Assembly (NCBI GenBank): GCA_002633005.1
Contig: NMRA01000397.1
Span: 29,722-93,721 of the forward strand
Length of the DNA stretch: 64,000 nucleotides
Reading direction: 5' to 3'
Source of the DNA: Phoronis australis
Lineage: Eukaryota > Animalia > Phoronida
The position numbers and the translations under genes are program-made. The notes under the pieces were generated by a model, which ran no database searches, was not told the DNA's origin, and was given only the letters and a program-made list of their open reading frames with translations. Shown piece after piece: positions 12,001 to 23,300 of this stretch (positions are counted from its first letter, which is position 1; every line of letters begins with the position of its first letter).

Positions 12001-13832
12001 TACTAACTTAGTCTGCTGGCTGTAAAAAAACGAACTACGCCAACACCTCAACCTGTTGCGAAATCATTATGCGCAAGAAGCTAACGCACTACAACTTGCT
12101 TCGTAAATCCGATGGCCTCTTTAGTCTCGATAAGACACTGCAGCTCTTCGGAAAAACGTTCCAATTCTTTCAGAAATTCAGTTCTCCATAGGTTGGAATA
12201 TGCAGCCTCTCACGCTTAGCTATTTTAAAGACAGCATGTATTTAACTGGAGATATAGTCTGGAATAATCAGCATTTTTTGCGTAACGTACGCAAGTCCGC
12301 TATAAAATGACAGTAAACCTTCTTGAAATAGTGGGTGCGCCTTATTCTAACATTGTTGGGTTTTGTACATCATCCAGACCTCATCAGGGTATTACGAAAC
12401 ATTGATTTCCATGTAACTCGGCAATGAAATCTCCAAAGATGGTGCCAGTCGGCAATGAGTCACTGTTAAGAACAAATTACAACTAGTAAGCATTAATGTC
12501 ATTTTAAACTATTGAGAGTTTACCGAAGTTTAATTGAGCGCTCTTAACAGCCAAAGTAAGAAACTGCAGTTACTACTCAGTAGATATCATCAGGGTGATG
12601 ATTTTTTAATCCTGCAAATAAGTAAAACGAAATTGATGAAATGAGCTTCGTAATGACTCGGTAACATGAAGCTTCCGACAAAGTTCAATGACTTTGCGGC
12701 ATGTACTATGGGCAACAAGCGTCGGTGTCAAAAACCACTCAATCGTTTATACTGATCCAGTTAAAAATAGCATGATTGTGCAAGGTTTCCATCACAGTAC
12801 AACATATATTGTCCTCCAGGTGAGAACACGCGTCATTTCCTAAATTTTTGCGACAACTAGTTCGCAGCAGCAAAATTTGTTCTGAAATTCGGTTTTTCAG
12901 GATCGAAATTCTAAAAACTTGTAATGAAGTGAAACCAGTTCCAATAATTTGTTGTGACATACACGCAAGCTCGTGAAAGAACCACAGTTGATTGAAGAAT
13001 CGGTGAAAAAAGAAACTGGCCAATAGGTGACGCAATATTTCATGGCGCCGAAAGCCATTGCTAAACATCGCTCCACAGCAGCTAACGGTAGAACGCAATT
13101 TTTCCAACACCGTAAAATAATTTCGTTTACTCAAGGAAGACTAGTTTTTAATGACACTAATTTTGAGTCAGATTTTATCTTCCCACTTTTGTACATACAT
13201 TGGTGCAACGCTGTATATTATACGGTTTTGTACCGAGGCTACGCTACGTGCAAAAGGTATACTTATAACAACGAAGCATTGATGTTGAAGTCAGCGAGGC
13301 ACAATTCGCCGAAAATTTCCTGGCGTATGAAGTGCCTAGGCTATGTATAGGTTAGGCAATGACCATCGCCTCTGTTGGTTCGGGCCAACAGAGGCGATGG
13401 TCATTGCCTGCTATGTAAATAGTAAATAGTATGTCAGCTTCACTTTGTCAACAGCGGAGACAGTAGAGACAGTGGTCACTGGTGATCAAGTGGCAATAGA
13501 GTCGGCAAAAAACTCTGACTTCAAAGCCAATTAATTAAAAATTGAGTGAAGGTATGGCAAAACTAACAACACAGACCAATTTCTAAACGCCGGCTTGGGC
13601 ACAAGTGGATAGTGATTTCTAGGTTTGAAGTATGGTGGTTAAAGTGGGACCGCTTCATCGGGCGCAATAACAGATAAAGTAGGTCAGGTGCAGTTTGGAC
13701 AGAGATAGAAATACTTACGGTATGATTGAAATGGTGAGAATCTATTATTTTGGAATGTCTCGATTTCGAGTGAAAGAAGCTGGACTTTTCAAAAATAAGT
13801 TTGGCTGCGGGAGATTTAAAGGGGGCAGACAT
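1..13832 (-). CDS. RPP40: Ribonuclease P/MRP protein subunit p40, spliced gene, 3' end beyond window start
   Basis: Exons 13832-13719, 11564-11423, 9621-9553, 7762-7664, 3465-3343, 3228-3024 and 30-<1 all have GT/AG sites and consistent phases. The joined protein shows RPP40 motifs: KSRH..IIDSHHFNHT, YDTHIDEHDCLAVLPTG, LILHLTKDTYESLGLEG, KSNYERV, EFYEWVGGV, DDFVSS. Confidence 0.92.
1669..2030 (+). pseudogene. Frameshifted KolX / P2X7-ballast-like (nanor-like) Cys-rich protein fragment
   Basis: MSAHYEDFRGHQFKPEYSDHE...ENRLNDLSWC, then across frameshifts CVCCHEI and CLMDHPDFAPHLNRDVL. Matches the PYxFEP / RLxxxxWC / CxCCxE / CxxxHPxF pattern. Confidence 0.72.
2165..2480 (-). pseudogene. Decayed THAP zinc-finger (transposase N-terminus)
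   Basis: MPLWCIVPACAN*, then across frameshifts FFRFP, LRKWL, LRVC..RHF.DSDF, RLRLKSDVVP: the canonical THAP C2CH and AVP motifs. Confidence 0.75.
3024..3228 (-). CDS. RPP40: RPP40 exon 6
   Basis: DDTICSSSLAVYL...CSYNEFYEWVGGVASDVT, phase 1-2, GTAAG donor. Confidence 0.87.
3343..3465 (-). CDS. RPP40: RPP40 exon 5
   Basis: VVTLDMTASYFVPGKSNYERVKSCLARCILKFNMICNWIPH, 123 bp, phase 1-1. Confidence 0.88.
5816..7378 (+). mobile_element. Helentron-associated non-autonomous element (HINE/DINE-like), interrupted
   Basis: 5' aacaa..gcaac.cagagcgttgaaATGCGCCCACA and 3' TGTGGGCGCATgataaaa form an 11-bp subterminal inverted repeat. Spans the n at 6430 and nested repeats, so it may be two copies. Confidence 0.5.
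7664..7762 (-). CDS. RPP40: RPP40 exon 4
   Basis: GHLILHLTKDTYESLGLEGKKSLYAVKKQAGKY, 99 bp, phase 1-1. Confidence 0.92.
7864..9510 (+). mobile_element. HINE-like element with internal degenerate tandem array
   Basis: Starts aacaagagcaacgcagag..gaaatgcacccac; recurring units with 'ggagatacagc' and 'ggcgccacagta'; ends with hairpin atgcacccat...gtgtgtgca. Confidence 0.65.
9553..9621 (-). CDS. RPP40: RPP40 exon 3
   Basis: GRLSMVSYDTHIDEHDCLAVLPT, 69 bp, phase 1-1. Confidence 0.9.
10261..11385 (-). mobile_element. 5'-truncated Penelope-like retroelement with inverted terminal repeat, in RPP40 intron 2
   Basis: RT thumb (AFLDVLV..VFRKKTYTGLY..F.SF...YK..LIKTLIDR...NGYP), GIY-YIG region (VVYKFNCAGCGSSYI; LKIREALHINWCKPSLN); 11261-11385 is an inverted copy of 10261-10388. 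Confidence 0.9.
10292..10333 (-). ncRNA. Minimal type I hammerhead ribozyme motif of Penelope terminal repeat
   Basis: CUU-CUGAGGA-U-GGUGUUU(UAAU)AAACGCU-GAAAC-AG-GUC-AAG: intact core, 7-bp stem II, short stems I and III. Confidence 0.75.
11423..11564 (-). CDS. RPP40: RPP40 exon 2
   Basis: LDVLIPGIDCLPSQLSSCVKLEPYFKVSQLSVSDLIDPQFTEAFVQR, AG/GT flanked, phase 0-1. Confidence 0.88.
13353..13410. repeat. 58-bp hairpin mini-element (25-bp arms), same family as 37800-37870
   Basis: taggcaatgaccatcgcctctgttgg-ttcggg-ccaacagaggcgatggtcattgcct. Confidence 0.85.
13719..13832 (-). CDS. RPP40: RPP40 coding exon 1
   Basis: ATG at 13832, MSAPFKSPAAKLIFEKSSFFHSKSRHSKIIDSHHFNHT, GTAAG donor, phase 0. Confidence 0.88.
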
Positions 13833-13834
13833 CT

Positions 13835-14700
13835 TGTTTATGTGCATGCGCAACACGCATAACACACTTCCGGAGATGACCAAGTGCGTCTGTTGTCAGA
13901 GGATCGTTGTGGACGGACTGGTTAAGTTTTTGTCGGAAGCGAAAAATTTATGTTATGAATTTAGTCAGTATTAACTAGGTATTTAGAGGATGTTGAACTA
14001 TTGATATCTTTATCCCATCAACGTCAACTTAAGGTAAACAGTGTAAATCGGGCGTGCTAATCGGATTGGATCCTAACTTATTCAAAATAAATCCACTAAG
14101 ACTAAATGTGTGTCTACATGAATGATTTTGGTACCTGTTTACTTGTTTGCTGTGTAATCTGCCTAAATCATATAGACAACTCTTTGCGCGGAAAATCAGT
14201 CCTTAACTGACATTCAACAAGGGCAAATTACTGACGCCGTACGCGACGGTATTTTTGAATACAAATTAACAACGAAAATCCTCATACAATTCCCTGCTCG
14301 CTTGGCATTATGAACGAGACAAACGTCTTTTATCCCCTGTAGATGCCTAAATAAGTTTTGGATAAATGAGGCATACTACAATTTGTATTCCTATAAATAA
14401 CGTATATATAGTATAATCAGCGTTCAGTAGGGGCATCACGAAATTATGAAAAAATCCGGGAAATACGACCAAAATCTATTAATTAGTGTAAAACGCATAA
14501 TTTTGGACTATTATCATCGAATTATTATCATATGAAGCATTTCCTGTTCTATTACCCGTAAATCGGTACGATTCCTAAAGTGTTGCGCGTTTTAGGAATC
14601 CATAAACGGGCCTGCGCAGTATATGGATTTCCCCCGCTTTTGATGACGTCATCCGCATATTGCGCAAATCAACAAAACGCGCAGAACAGTTGCATTCCTC
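13835..14700. promoter_or_regulatory. Putative bidirectional promoter region RPP40 / ATMIN
   Basis: CpG-enriched. NRF1-like TGTGCATGCGCA at 13841, ETS CACTTCCGG at 13865, CRE palindrome GATGACGTCATC at 14642-14653, C/EBP-like ATTGCGCAAA at 14659. Lies between divergent genes. Confidence 0.5.
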
Positions 14701-14869
14701 AGACATCTGGCAATCCACACATACCCACTTCAGTACCCTCAACTTCTCCGGTTTGTAAATACGCTATTCCGAAGTTGGTCCACTTTTAGCCACGCAAATT
14801 GTGAAATCGGCAGCCATTTCAGGGAACCTATTTCATACCTTGTAGTTGTAGAAGTAGTAGGCCTACGTA

Positions 14870-16140
14870 ATAATCTTTATTTAAAAGTCGGTGAGATTTA
14901 ACTAGGAACCAATATTGGTTCCTAGGATTTAACAACGAAACGTTAGCACAAGTGCTATTATCCGAAAAATTTAAAATCTACAAAATGGACATATAGTACT
15001 AAAATACAAGCTAATTCTACTGTACAGAAAATGGTTACCCAGACCAGAGAATATTGAATATAAATATACACATAGGCCTACATGTTACGGAGCATGTAGA
15101 CATCTGGAGCAGTTTTCACAAGAGCAGATCTCAGAGAAAAAATCATGAGCAAGAGTGACAAATTCATTTAAGGCAGTACATTGTCTCATTACTGATGGCA
15201 ATTAAGTTCCACAGCAAAGTACCTTTATGGGAGATTGAGTTAACCCGTAAGTCATGGTATTAAACTTTAAAGCGTTTCACATAGAGACAGTGAGACCTAT
15301 CCAGATTCTCCTAATTCAAGCTTTCCTGACAAAGGACATGGTCCAATAACATGAATATTTTTGAATACTCCAGTAGATAAACATTTCATCCGCCAACTAG
15401 TTAGAGAGCAGCTCCTAGCCTTATCTAAGAGTTTTGAGTAGCTTGACTCGCTGTCATTGAACACAAATTTTAAAGCACGGTGTTGTATCTTTTCCATTTT
15501 CCTACTTTTCTGTATTCCACATAGGTGCCAAATGAGGGGACAATGATTAAAATAGGATCTTATAAATAAGTAATATAACTTAAGCTTACTGTTAGTGCCT
15601 AAAACATTATGAATATGGAACAAGGCATTCATTTGTCTAGAACCTTTTTTGCAAATAACATCAACGTGCTCATGGAGTTTTAACTGGCTGTCAAGTTGGA
15701 CACCTAGCAGCTTAACAGACTCTTCACACTCAATCATTGTATCACCAGACATGAAATACGTATCATTATTATGTACACGTTACCTAGAAAAGATGATCGA
15801 CTTGAAGTTACCAGGGTTTACAGCTATTCCATTAGAGGAGAACCAATCCATTGCCATCTGCCCAGCTGCCTTGAGGCTGAGGCGAACTGCAGATAAAGAG
15901 AAGCCTGCTTGCAAGAGCTTATTGTCATCAGTGTAATTATATAACTTACAGTGACCACTTATAGCGTAAAATATATCATTGATAAAAATGTTGAATAACA
16001 TGGGGCCTAAGACAGACCCTTGGGGAACGCCCTTGGGGACATTTAACCAGTCACTGACAGTGGAGCCAATTTTCACTCTCGTCCTTCTATCACTATTGCC
16101 ATCTATTGGCGATCTGCTACAACACGTGCTGTAGACCCAC
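14870..16140 (-). mobile_element. 5'-truncated CR1/Jockey-group LINE
   Basis: RT motifs GVPQGSVLGPMLFNIFIND, YTDD, VKLLGVQLDSQL, EKIQHRALK; 3' UTR ends in aataaagattatta. Confidence 0.9.
14903..14924. repeat. 22-bp perfect palindromic insertion with 9-bp TSD
   Basis: agatttaac|TAGGAACCAATATTGGTTCCTA|ggatttaac; absent from the paralogous LINE tail at ~34050. Confidence 0.8.
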
Positions 16141-17163
16141 ATTTAGTGGATTTATTTTGAATAAGTTGAGGTCCATTATATCCGACTAGAGCGCTAGATT
16201 GTCGTGAGAGACCTTCTGGAGTTGGTATCTGTCTACTCCGGATGGTCTGGGCTGAACAGAAAACCAATGATCTATTCGTTTGGATTATTTGCCCGTGGAA
16301 CTGATGGATTAATGATAAGAGCTGCCTGAAGAAATGTTACTCGCGCGTTTGCATTTTCGCCCTCTTCAACCAACCACATGTACAAATTTAAGAATTATAT
16401 TCTTTGTAAAAATCTGAACACAAACTTCTTTTCTCTATTATCGATGACGTTTTCAGTCTGGGCCAGGCTGGCAGAGTGGACAATTGTCACAAAATATTAC
16501 GGAGCGGTTTCTCTGTAAACGAAGAAAGACGTTAGAAGTGACTTAGCCCCTACATTTGATAATTCTCGGCATAGTTGGAATAACGAGTCACGATTTTCAG
16601 TTGTTGGCAAATTCAGCAACACCAGGTAGCAACCAGTAATCTTTAGAATTTTCCTGCTGAGGTATAAATATGGATATCGAAATTGCTCACGCTTTTAACT
16701 CTGAACATGGTTGCAGTTTTTCAGTTTGGCTTGGTATAAACATTGCCCCAGATTTGGAAGCCGGTCTGATGGGCGGCGCACCATAGGGGGCTGGGGGGCT
16801 ATATCCCCCCTTTTTTCAGTGCTGCACCGCCCATGGGTCTTCTCCCTTCCGCCCAAAAATTGATAAGTATGAGTGCCCCCCATATTCAGCAACACCCCCT
16901 ATGCAATATGTGGACTGGAAGTGAAAGTAGGCGTTGGTGTTGAGGGCGAACAGGAAATGTATGTAGAGTGCATGGAATGACAATCCCAAAAGTATTGTAG
17001 CTGGGGGACTTGTCACTTGGGTCGGTTTAGAAGTACTACCTCAGTCCTTGTGCTCAGTGTTGAGCAGGACTAACTTAGCTGATCTGAGATATATAAGGCA
17101 TGTGCACAACAACTGTACATTTCATAATCAACATGTTTTTCTTCGGTAATTTCAGGTTTTGTG

Positions 17164-17358
17164 ATGTTCCAAATTGATGAAGTCAACACCTTAAAATATG
17201 GAGAGGACCAGAAGAAAGTGATCACTGTCTTTCCAAACTCTGGTGTTATTTTGGGTGCTAACCGAAACATCTGTTGCAATGTTGGTGACTGCCGGCGACG
17301 GTTTGCTGTTGTGGGAGGCCTGTTGCGTCACTGGTCATTTGAACATTTTAATAAGCGG
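17164..17358 (+). CDS. ATMIN: ATMIN coding exon 1 (ZF1)
   Basis: MFQIDEV...NICCNVGDCRRRFAVVGGLLRHWSFEHFNKR, GTAAGG donor, phase 0. Confidence 0.82.
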
Positions 17359-20300
17359 GTAAGGTGCATTAATGATTGTGGAGGTATAAATCAGTAGTAA
17401 TTTGATTTTTTACTAATTGCAATCAGGGCCCATAATTTTCCAGGGCAAAGAATATTAATATCCACAAACCCTAAGGAAGGTAAAGATTACTGTTTTACGA
17501 ACATCTTCAGACATCTTCATCTAATCAACTTCCTCAAACTCTGGCCTTCGGCCATTATGAATTAAACCCTTGGAACACCACATTTGCCTGCCTGTTGTCA
17601 CCAATTTCATTCGTAACCTGTTGTCACTATCATTGCCAGTTTCGCAGGTCCCCAGCTACCGCATGTAATGTTTTAGATTTGCTGGGAGGCACATTTATTA
17701 TTCTATGTACTGTCAGATTAAAAGGATTCCAACCAGGGCTGGGACTGACTAATGACAAAGAAAAGAAAATTTTCCAGGCGATGTATCGTTACACAAATAG
17801 ACTTGTGTGATAGAAATAGTTTTTGTGTTGTAAAATTTAACTGAAATAAACATTTTTGTATGAATGAAGTTAAGATAACGATAAACAGGAGATGAAAAAG
17901 GAAGAAACTGTAAATCAAATGAAAGGAAATCAAAACCAAAAAAGAGGATATCCTCTTAAAAGAGAAAAATTTCAAGCGTTAACCAACCTATTGATAGATA
18001 TTAAAAATGACTTTCAAATCCAGTTCTCTGAATCAAATACTAGTAGTGGTCTGTAATCCTCTACAACCCTCAAAAGTTTGGAGGAAAATTGAGAACTCCT
18101 TTCAAAGTTTGTCAAACGGTCAAGCATGGCCTACACTTTTTGTGAATCCAGTATACAGTAACTGTAGGTAATGACCACCTACCAAGGACCAATAATGTGC
18201 AATCTGTGAAATAAGGAGTAGGAAGTTTCAGTTGATTCCTGCCTTGAACTTGGAAGGGTGACACCAATAATGCATTAGCAGGTGATAGAACGTGGATTGG
18301 TGGAAATTATCACAACAGGGATTAGTATCCTTTTAAATAAACAGTTTTTATTCCCTTTTTTATATAGGCTGTTCATATGGTTGATTTATTCAAAAAATAT
18401 TTTAAAAATTTAAAAGAGTGCATTTAGCAATTATAGAAAATGCTTAGAAACTGTAAACTTAAATTTAATAAAAGTGTATATTTTCTGAAAGTAGAAAGCC
18501 TGTAGAATTTGTTTTAAGCTTTTTACCAATCTGCTAATAATTAAGTCACGTCTTTTTAATAAATTAAGCGAAAGAGAAAGGTACGTAAAGTAAAACAATG
18601 GTATCATTAACATGATCAAATTTTATTTCATGTAAATGTTCAAAGTGAAATATCAAAAACGCTTTTACAGTTTTGGTTTTCATTTTATGCAACTTTTTTC
18701 ATGAAAATTATGAAAGTCCTATTTTATGATATCCCTTGTGAAGAATTGAAAATTTTAAAAACAATTCCTGACAGCATTTTAAAACAATAGATAAAGCATT
18801 GTATCTTAAAGTTTCATATGAATCCAATTAGCCATTTCTGAGATATGATGTTCCAAAGTTAGCCAAATGTGGCCATTTTTAAAGGGTCCTACATAATTAA
18901 TTGTTAATTGGGAAGCACGAATACAGATCAATAATTGTCTTGTCTGTTCATGTTGGTATCAATTTCTTCTGCAAAGGCATTGGTTTACTTTGTCATTTTT
19001 CCTCAACATAGCCTTCAGCAATCATATTTTGCAGTATGCAAACTGAGCTTGTCAAGGATTTGTTTGTAGAAACTAATTATAGCTGATCAAGACCCTTGCT
19101 GGGAATTAGTTGATCAATGTTAACCTGCTTTACACACATATGTACGGGTTCCTGTACACTTATGTTTGTGAAACCTCTCTGATAGCTCTGGCTTTCTAAA
19201 TTTGTTACATTTCCCTTACACACCCATTTCAGTCCCCATTGCCAATGGATGGCAATGCTTTTAATCTGTTTTCATTGGTGCTTTAAAAAATACACATATC
19301 TGTCAGTACTAATGTATGTTATAAAAACTAAGGCTATGGAGAAATTCATGTTGTGATTTGCATTTGTTTCATCTTATCTTTCTAATCATGAAATAATTGA
19401 CTTCCAGCATGGTTACTCACTACGTTTCCACTGTCCAGAAGAAGACTGTTGTTACCATAGCAGCTCTGATAACAACACCAAGTACTTCACCAATATGAAA
19501 CTGTTGAGGCAGCACTACTTGATAAAGCATGGAGAGGCTACACACACCTGTGACAAGTGTGGCCTGAAGTTCAGCCTTCAACGCCTGTTGGTGGCCCATT
19601 TGCCAACATGCGGCATGAACTTTGCATGCGGCAGCTGTGACATGACGTATCCCTGCCGGACGAGCCTTCTCACCCACTGTCACAGGGCCCGCCACACTCT
19701 GCCAAAGAAGTATAGAACGGCCAAATCCAAGTATGTGAAAGATTCATTGTGTTCTGCACAAAAATAATTACTAAAACTATCATTTCTCAATTTTTCAAAT
19801 GCCATAGTTTGCTACAAATATTCAAAAGCTGCGTGGTACAAATCATGCTATAATGATAAATTGTAGGGGAGAGTGTGACAAGTTGAAACATTTCCCTTAT
19901 TATGCACCCACATATTTCTATGTGGGTACATATTACCATCATCTCTGTGTGGGCGTCCAGCGTGAAGGCATCCGGCGTCCGCAGAGATATCTCCTAAAGC
20001 AGTGGCAGGGTCTTGATCAGATTTGGCAGGTGTGTTCCTATTAAGCTGATGACAGATGACAACAAATTTCAGACGGATCTGACTCCTGGTGTGGCTTCTA
20101 GTGGCAATTTTAGTTTTACAGTAATATGTTTTCCTCTGTATCTTCAAAGGTCCTCAACGCATTTTCATGAAATTTGGCGCATAGGTTTGCATTAGTAAGA
20201 TGATGCTATCCTTCCGTTTTCAGATGGATTCAAAGTATTTTGCACCACCTAGTGGCCATGTTTTCTGTTTTCGAATCTGTTGGCGTCCGCCTCTCTCTCA

Positions 20301-23300
20301 GCCAAACCACTTTAAGGATAACTGTGAAAATTGGCATATATGTTCATAGTGTGAAGAGGGTGGTTGGCAATAGTTTTCCAATGACTGACTACAGTGGCGC
20401 CTCCTGGTGCCATTTTGTTACATGCACAGCTGTATCATCTATTACCCTTACTGGATGTTGATGAGATTTGCAGGGCTTGGAATTTTCCGCGGAAACGCGG
20501 ATTTCCGCTTTTTTCAAATGTTCTGTCCGTGCATTTTATCATATTTTCGCGTAAAAAAAATCGGATTTGATATAAAATTTCCGCGTCAAATTCCTGTCTT
20601 ACCGCGGCGTTGCAGACGACATTCACCTCGAAAAGTGGAAGTTGCTCTTTATGTTTTGGAGGAATGTAAATTGTCAACATTGCCGGGGCATCTGGGATAG
20701 CGTGGTGGGATTTTCAATGGCGTCTCGTGTTATTGTAAACCGCGGCGACAAATTCTACGGCTCTGCAGCCAAAAATGTGTGGGGGTGGGAGTGGACGGTC
20801 TAAAAAGACGCAGACGCGTGCTACTGATGGTGGTAAATTTTTTTTTATTTTTTTAGTCCTCCCGATTTTTGTCGGCGAAAGGTTCACATCGACTATTTCA
20901 AGGCTGAGCAGCGGGCCGTAAAAGTTTTTCAGCGTTTTTTGTCATTGGTCATTCCAAGCCCTGATGGATTTGAGGTATGTTGTGCCACCTAGTGACCATT
21001 TTTACTGTTTTCAAGTCTGTTTTTTTTGCATTCTAAGGATGATTGTGAAAATTGGCACATATGTTTCCATAGTTCCTACTGCAGGATCTTCGTGAGCAAG
21101 TTTATTTAGTTGACTAGGGATGACAATGACTTTCTGACGGATCCACCTAACGCTGTGCCCTCTGGTGGCAATTTGATTTTTTTAGTTTTCTTTGTTTCTT
21201 TAGAGTTCCTGAACGGACTTTTATGCAACTTGGTAAGTAGGCTGCTATTAAAGAAGCAATGACATGTTCCCGTTTTCAGAGGGATTTGATGTAGTTTACA
21301 CCCCCTAATAGCCATTTTTACTGTTTTCGATAATGTTTTTTGTCATGTGCACGCCTTTATTCACCAAACCACTTTAAGGATGATTATGAAAATTAACATA
21401 TGAGCTCCTACTGAGAAAAGGCTGGCTTACCATTGTCTTGAGACAGCTCCAACTACAGTGGTTCCTCCAAGTGGCAATTTTTGTGTCCGTGGCTATATCT
21501 CCTAAACCCCCTTCAGTAACTTTGTCAATGTTTTTCTATCTTCTTCGGTATCTCTGGAGTATAGCGATGACATCTTTCCATTTTCAAATGGACTTGATGT
21601 AGTACACGCCACCTAGTGGCTATTTTTATAGTATTTGAGTCTGTATTTAGCAAAAGAATTCTCAAGATAATCATGAAATTGGTCATATATGTTCTTACTG
21701 GGAAAGGGACAGCTGACTATAATTTTTAATAGTGCCTAATGCATATTTTGCATCTGTGGCTGTGGTTCTTACTGGCATTTTGTATCTTCGGAGATTTAAG
21801 ATGGACTTTCATGAAATTTGGCAAGTAGCTTTAAGAGACGACGAGTTGGGTTCAATGTATTCTGTGTCATTTAATGGCCATTGTTATGATATTAAATACA
21901 CCCCCTAGAAGCACACTGTTTGTGGTGCAGTTGTGGGCGCATTTTAATGCTCCGTGTTGTTCTTGTAGCACAATTTTGCCTAAATTATAAGACTTATTTT
22001 ATTCCTTAATATTATGCATGGTGATTATCCAGTCTTTCTGATTCATTGTGAGTATTTGAGAATCTATACTTTATAATATGTATGCGTGTAGTAAGTGCTA
22101 CAAAACAGTTAGTAGAATGTTACATTTTGCCCCATATGCAAGGTGTATTGCAACACACGTTGGGGTATATTGCAACAGCTACAGTCATTCTGAGCTCTTA
22201 CATTCTGTGGATATACTCGTCTAAATATATGCGGTCAATTATATGTTATATTTAAGTAAATCAGATACACTGTGCCCTCCAAGTGTGGTGTTCTACTACA
22301 CCAACATTGCAATGCATGTAATGGTAGAGTGTAGTGATGTAACTTCAGCTTGTACTGAAAGCTCATGTATTAAGATAAGTCTTTATTCAGCTCACTTCAT
22401 CGGAGTAACTGATGACAAGTACAAGGATTTCTAAAGTAAACCTCACCCTTGGACTGAGCGAAACTGGTTGTCTATGTGTCCGGTTTTAATTAGTGTATGT
22501 GAAATTGACTTCACACTAGTTTTAACTTTGTAATGAAACATATGCTAGTGTTTAACGGAGGGGGCATACATGTTTAAATTGAAAACCTCATGCCACATGT
22601 TCCAATTCTTTGCACGTAATACACTACATTCTGCCTTTACTGCAGGATCTTTGCTAATGGGGTAAGGTGGAACAACTATCCCCAGCTAATTTGTTTCATC
22701 TGTGTACCACTTGCCATTGTGAAATGAACATAATTTGGAAAGAATGCACAGGATATACACTGCTAGGGCAATATCAAATACTTTGAATAGAAACAATTTC
22801 ACACTTAAACCATAGCTGGCTCCATGTTTTTGAGTAACTCTGGGAGGTTACCTGGCACAATACGATATGAATAGTGGACGTTAAATGATTCTAGTTTCAG
22901 AGATATGTTGACTATTAAATTTACCTGTATTACAACCAGTCTCGATGTCCCCTACTTGTTTGTTAACTGTGACTGAATCAAAGATACTAATACAGGTCAT
23001 ATTTTTGGAATGAATAAGTGACCCACATTTTATACTGGCTTTTAGTGAATCATATCTCATACCCGAAACTTGTTGATTGCAGTAACTTCCATTGCCCCAG
23101 TGTTGACTCATTTCCTAAACAGTCTAGTTTATAAGCGTGTTTTGTATTATTGAGTTATTGTGTAAATTGCTTAACAACCCAAAATGTTGCCATTCATAGG
23201 ATATATGACGCGACCCCTCCTGCAAAGACGCTGGTGATAAATTTGCTGCAAATCAAACATGATGCTCAAGCAAATTTCCTCACCAGTGAACTCGACACAA

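Noticed and set aside
17595-17810. ORF containing ILCTVR, like human ATMIN ZF1
   Set aside because: No second Cys or His pair; the real ZF1 is in 17164-17358.
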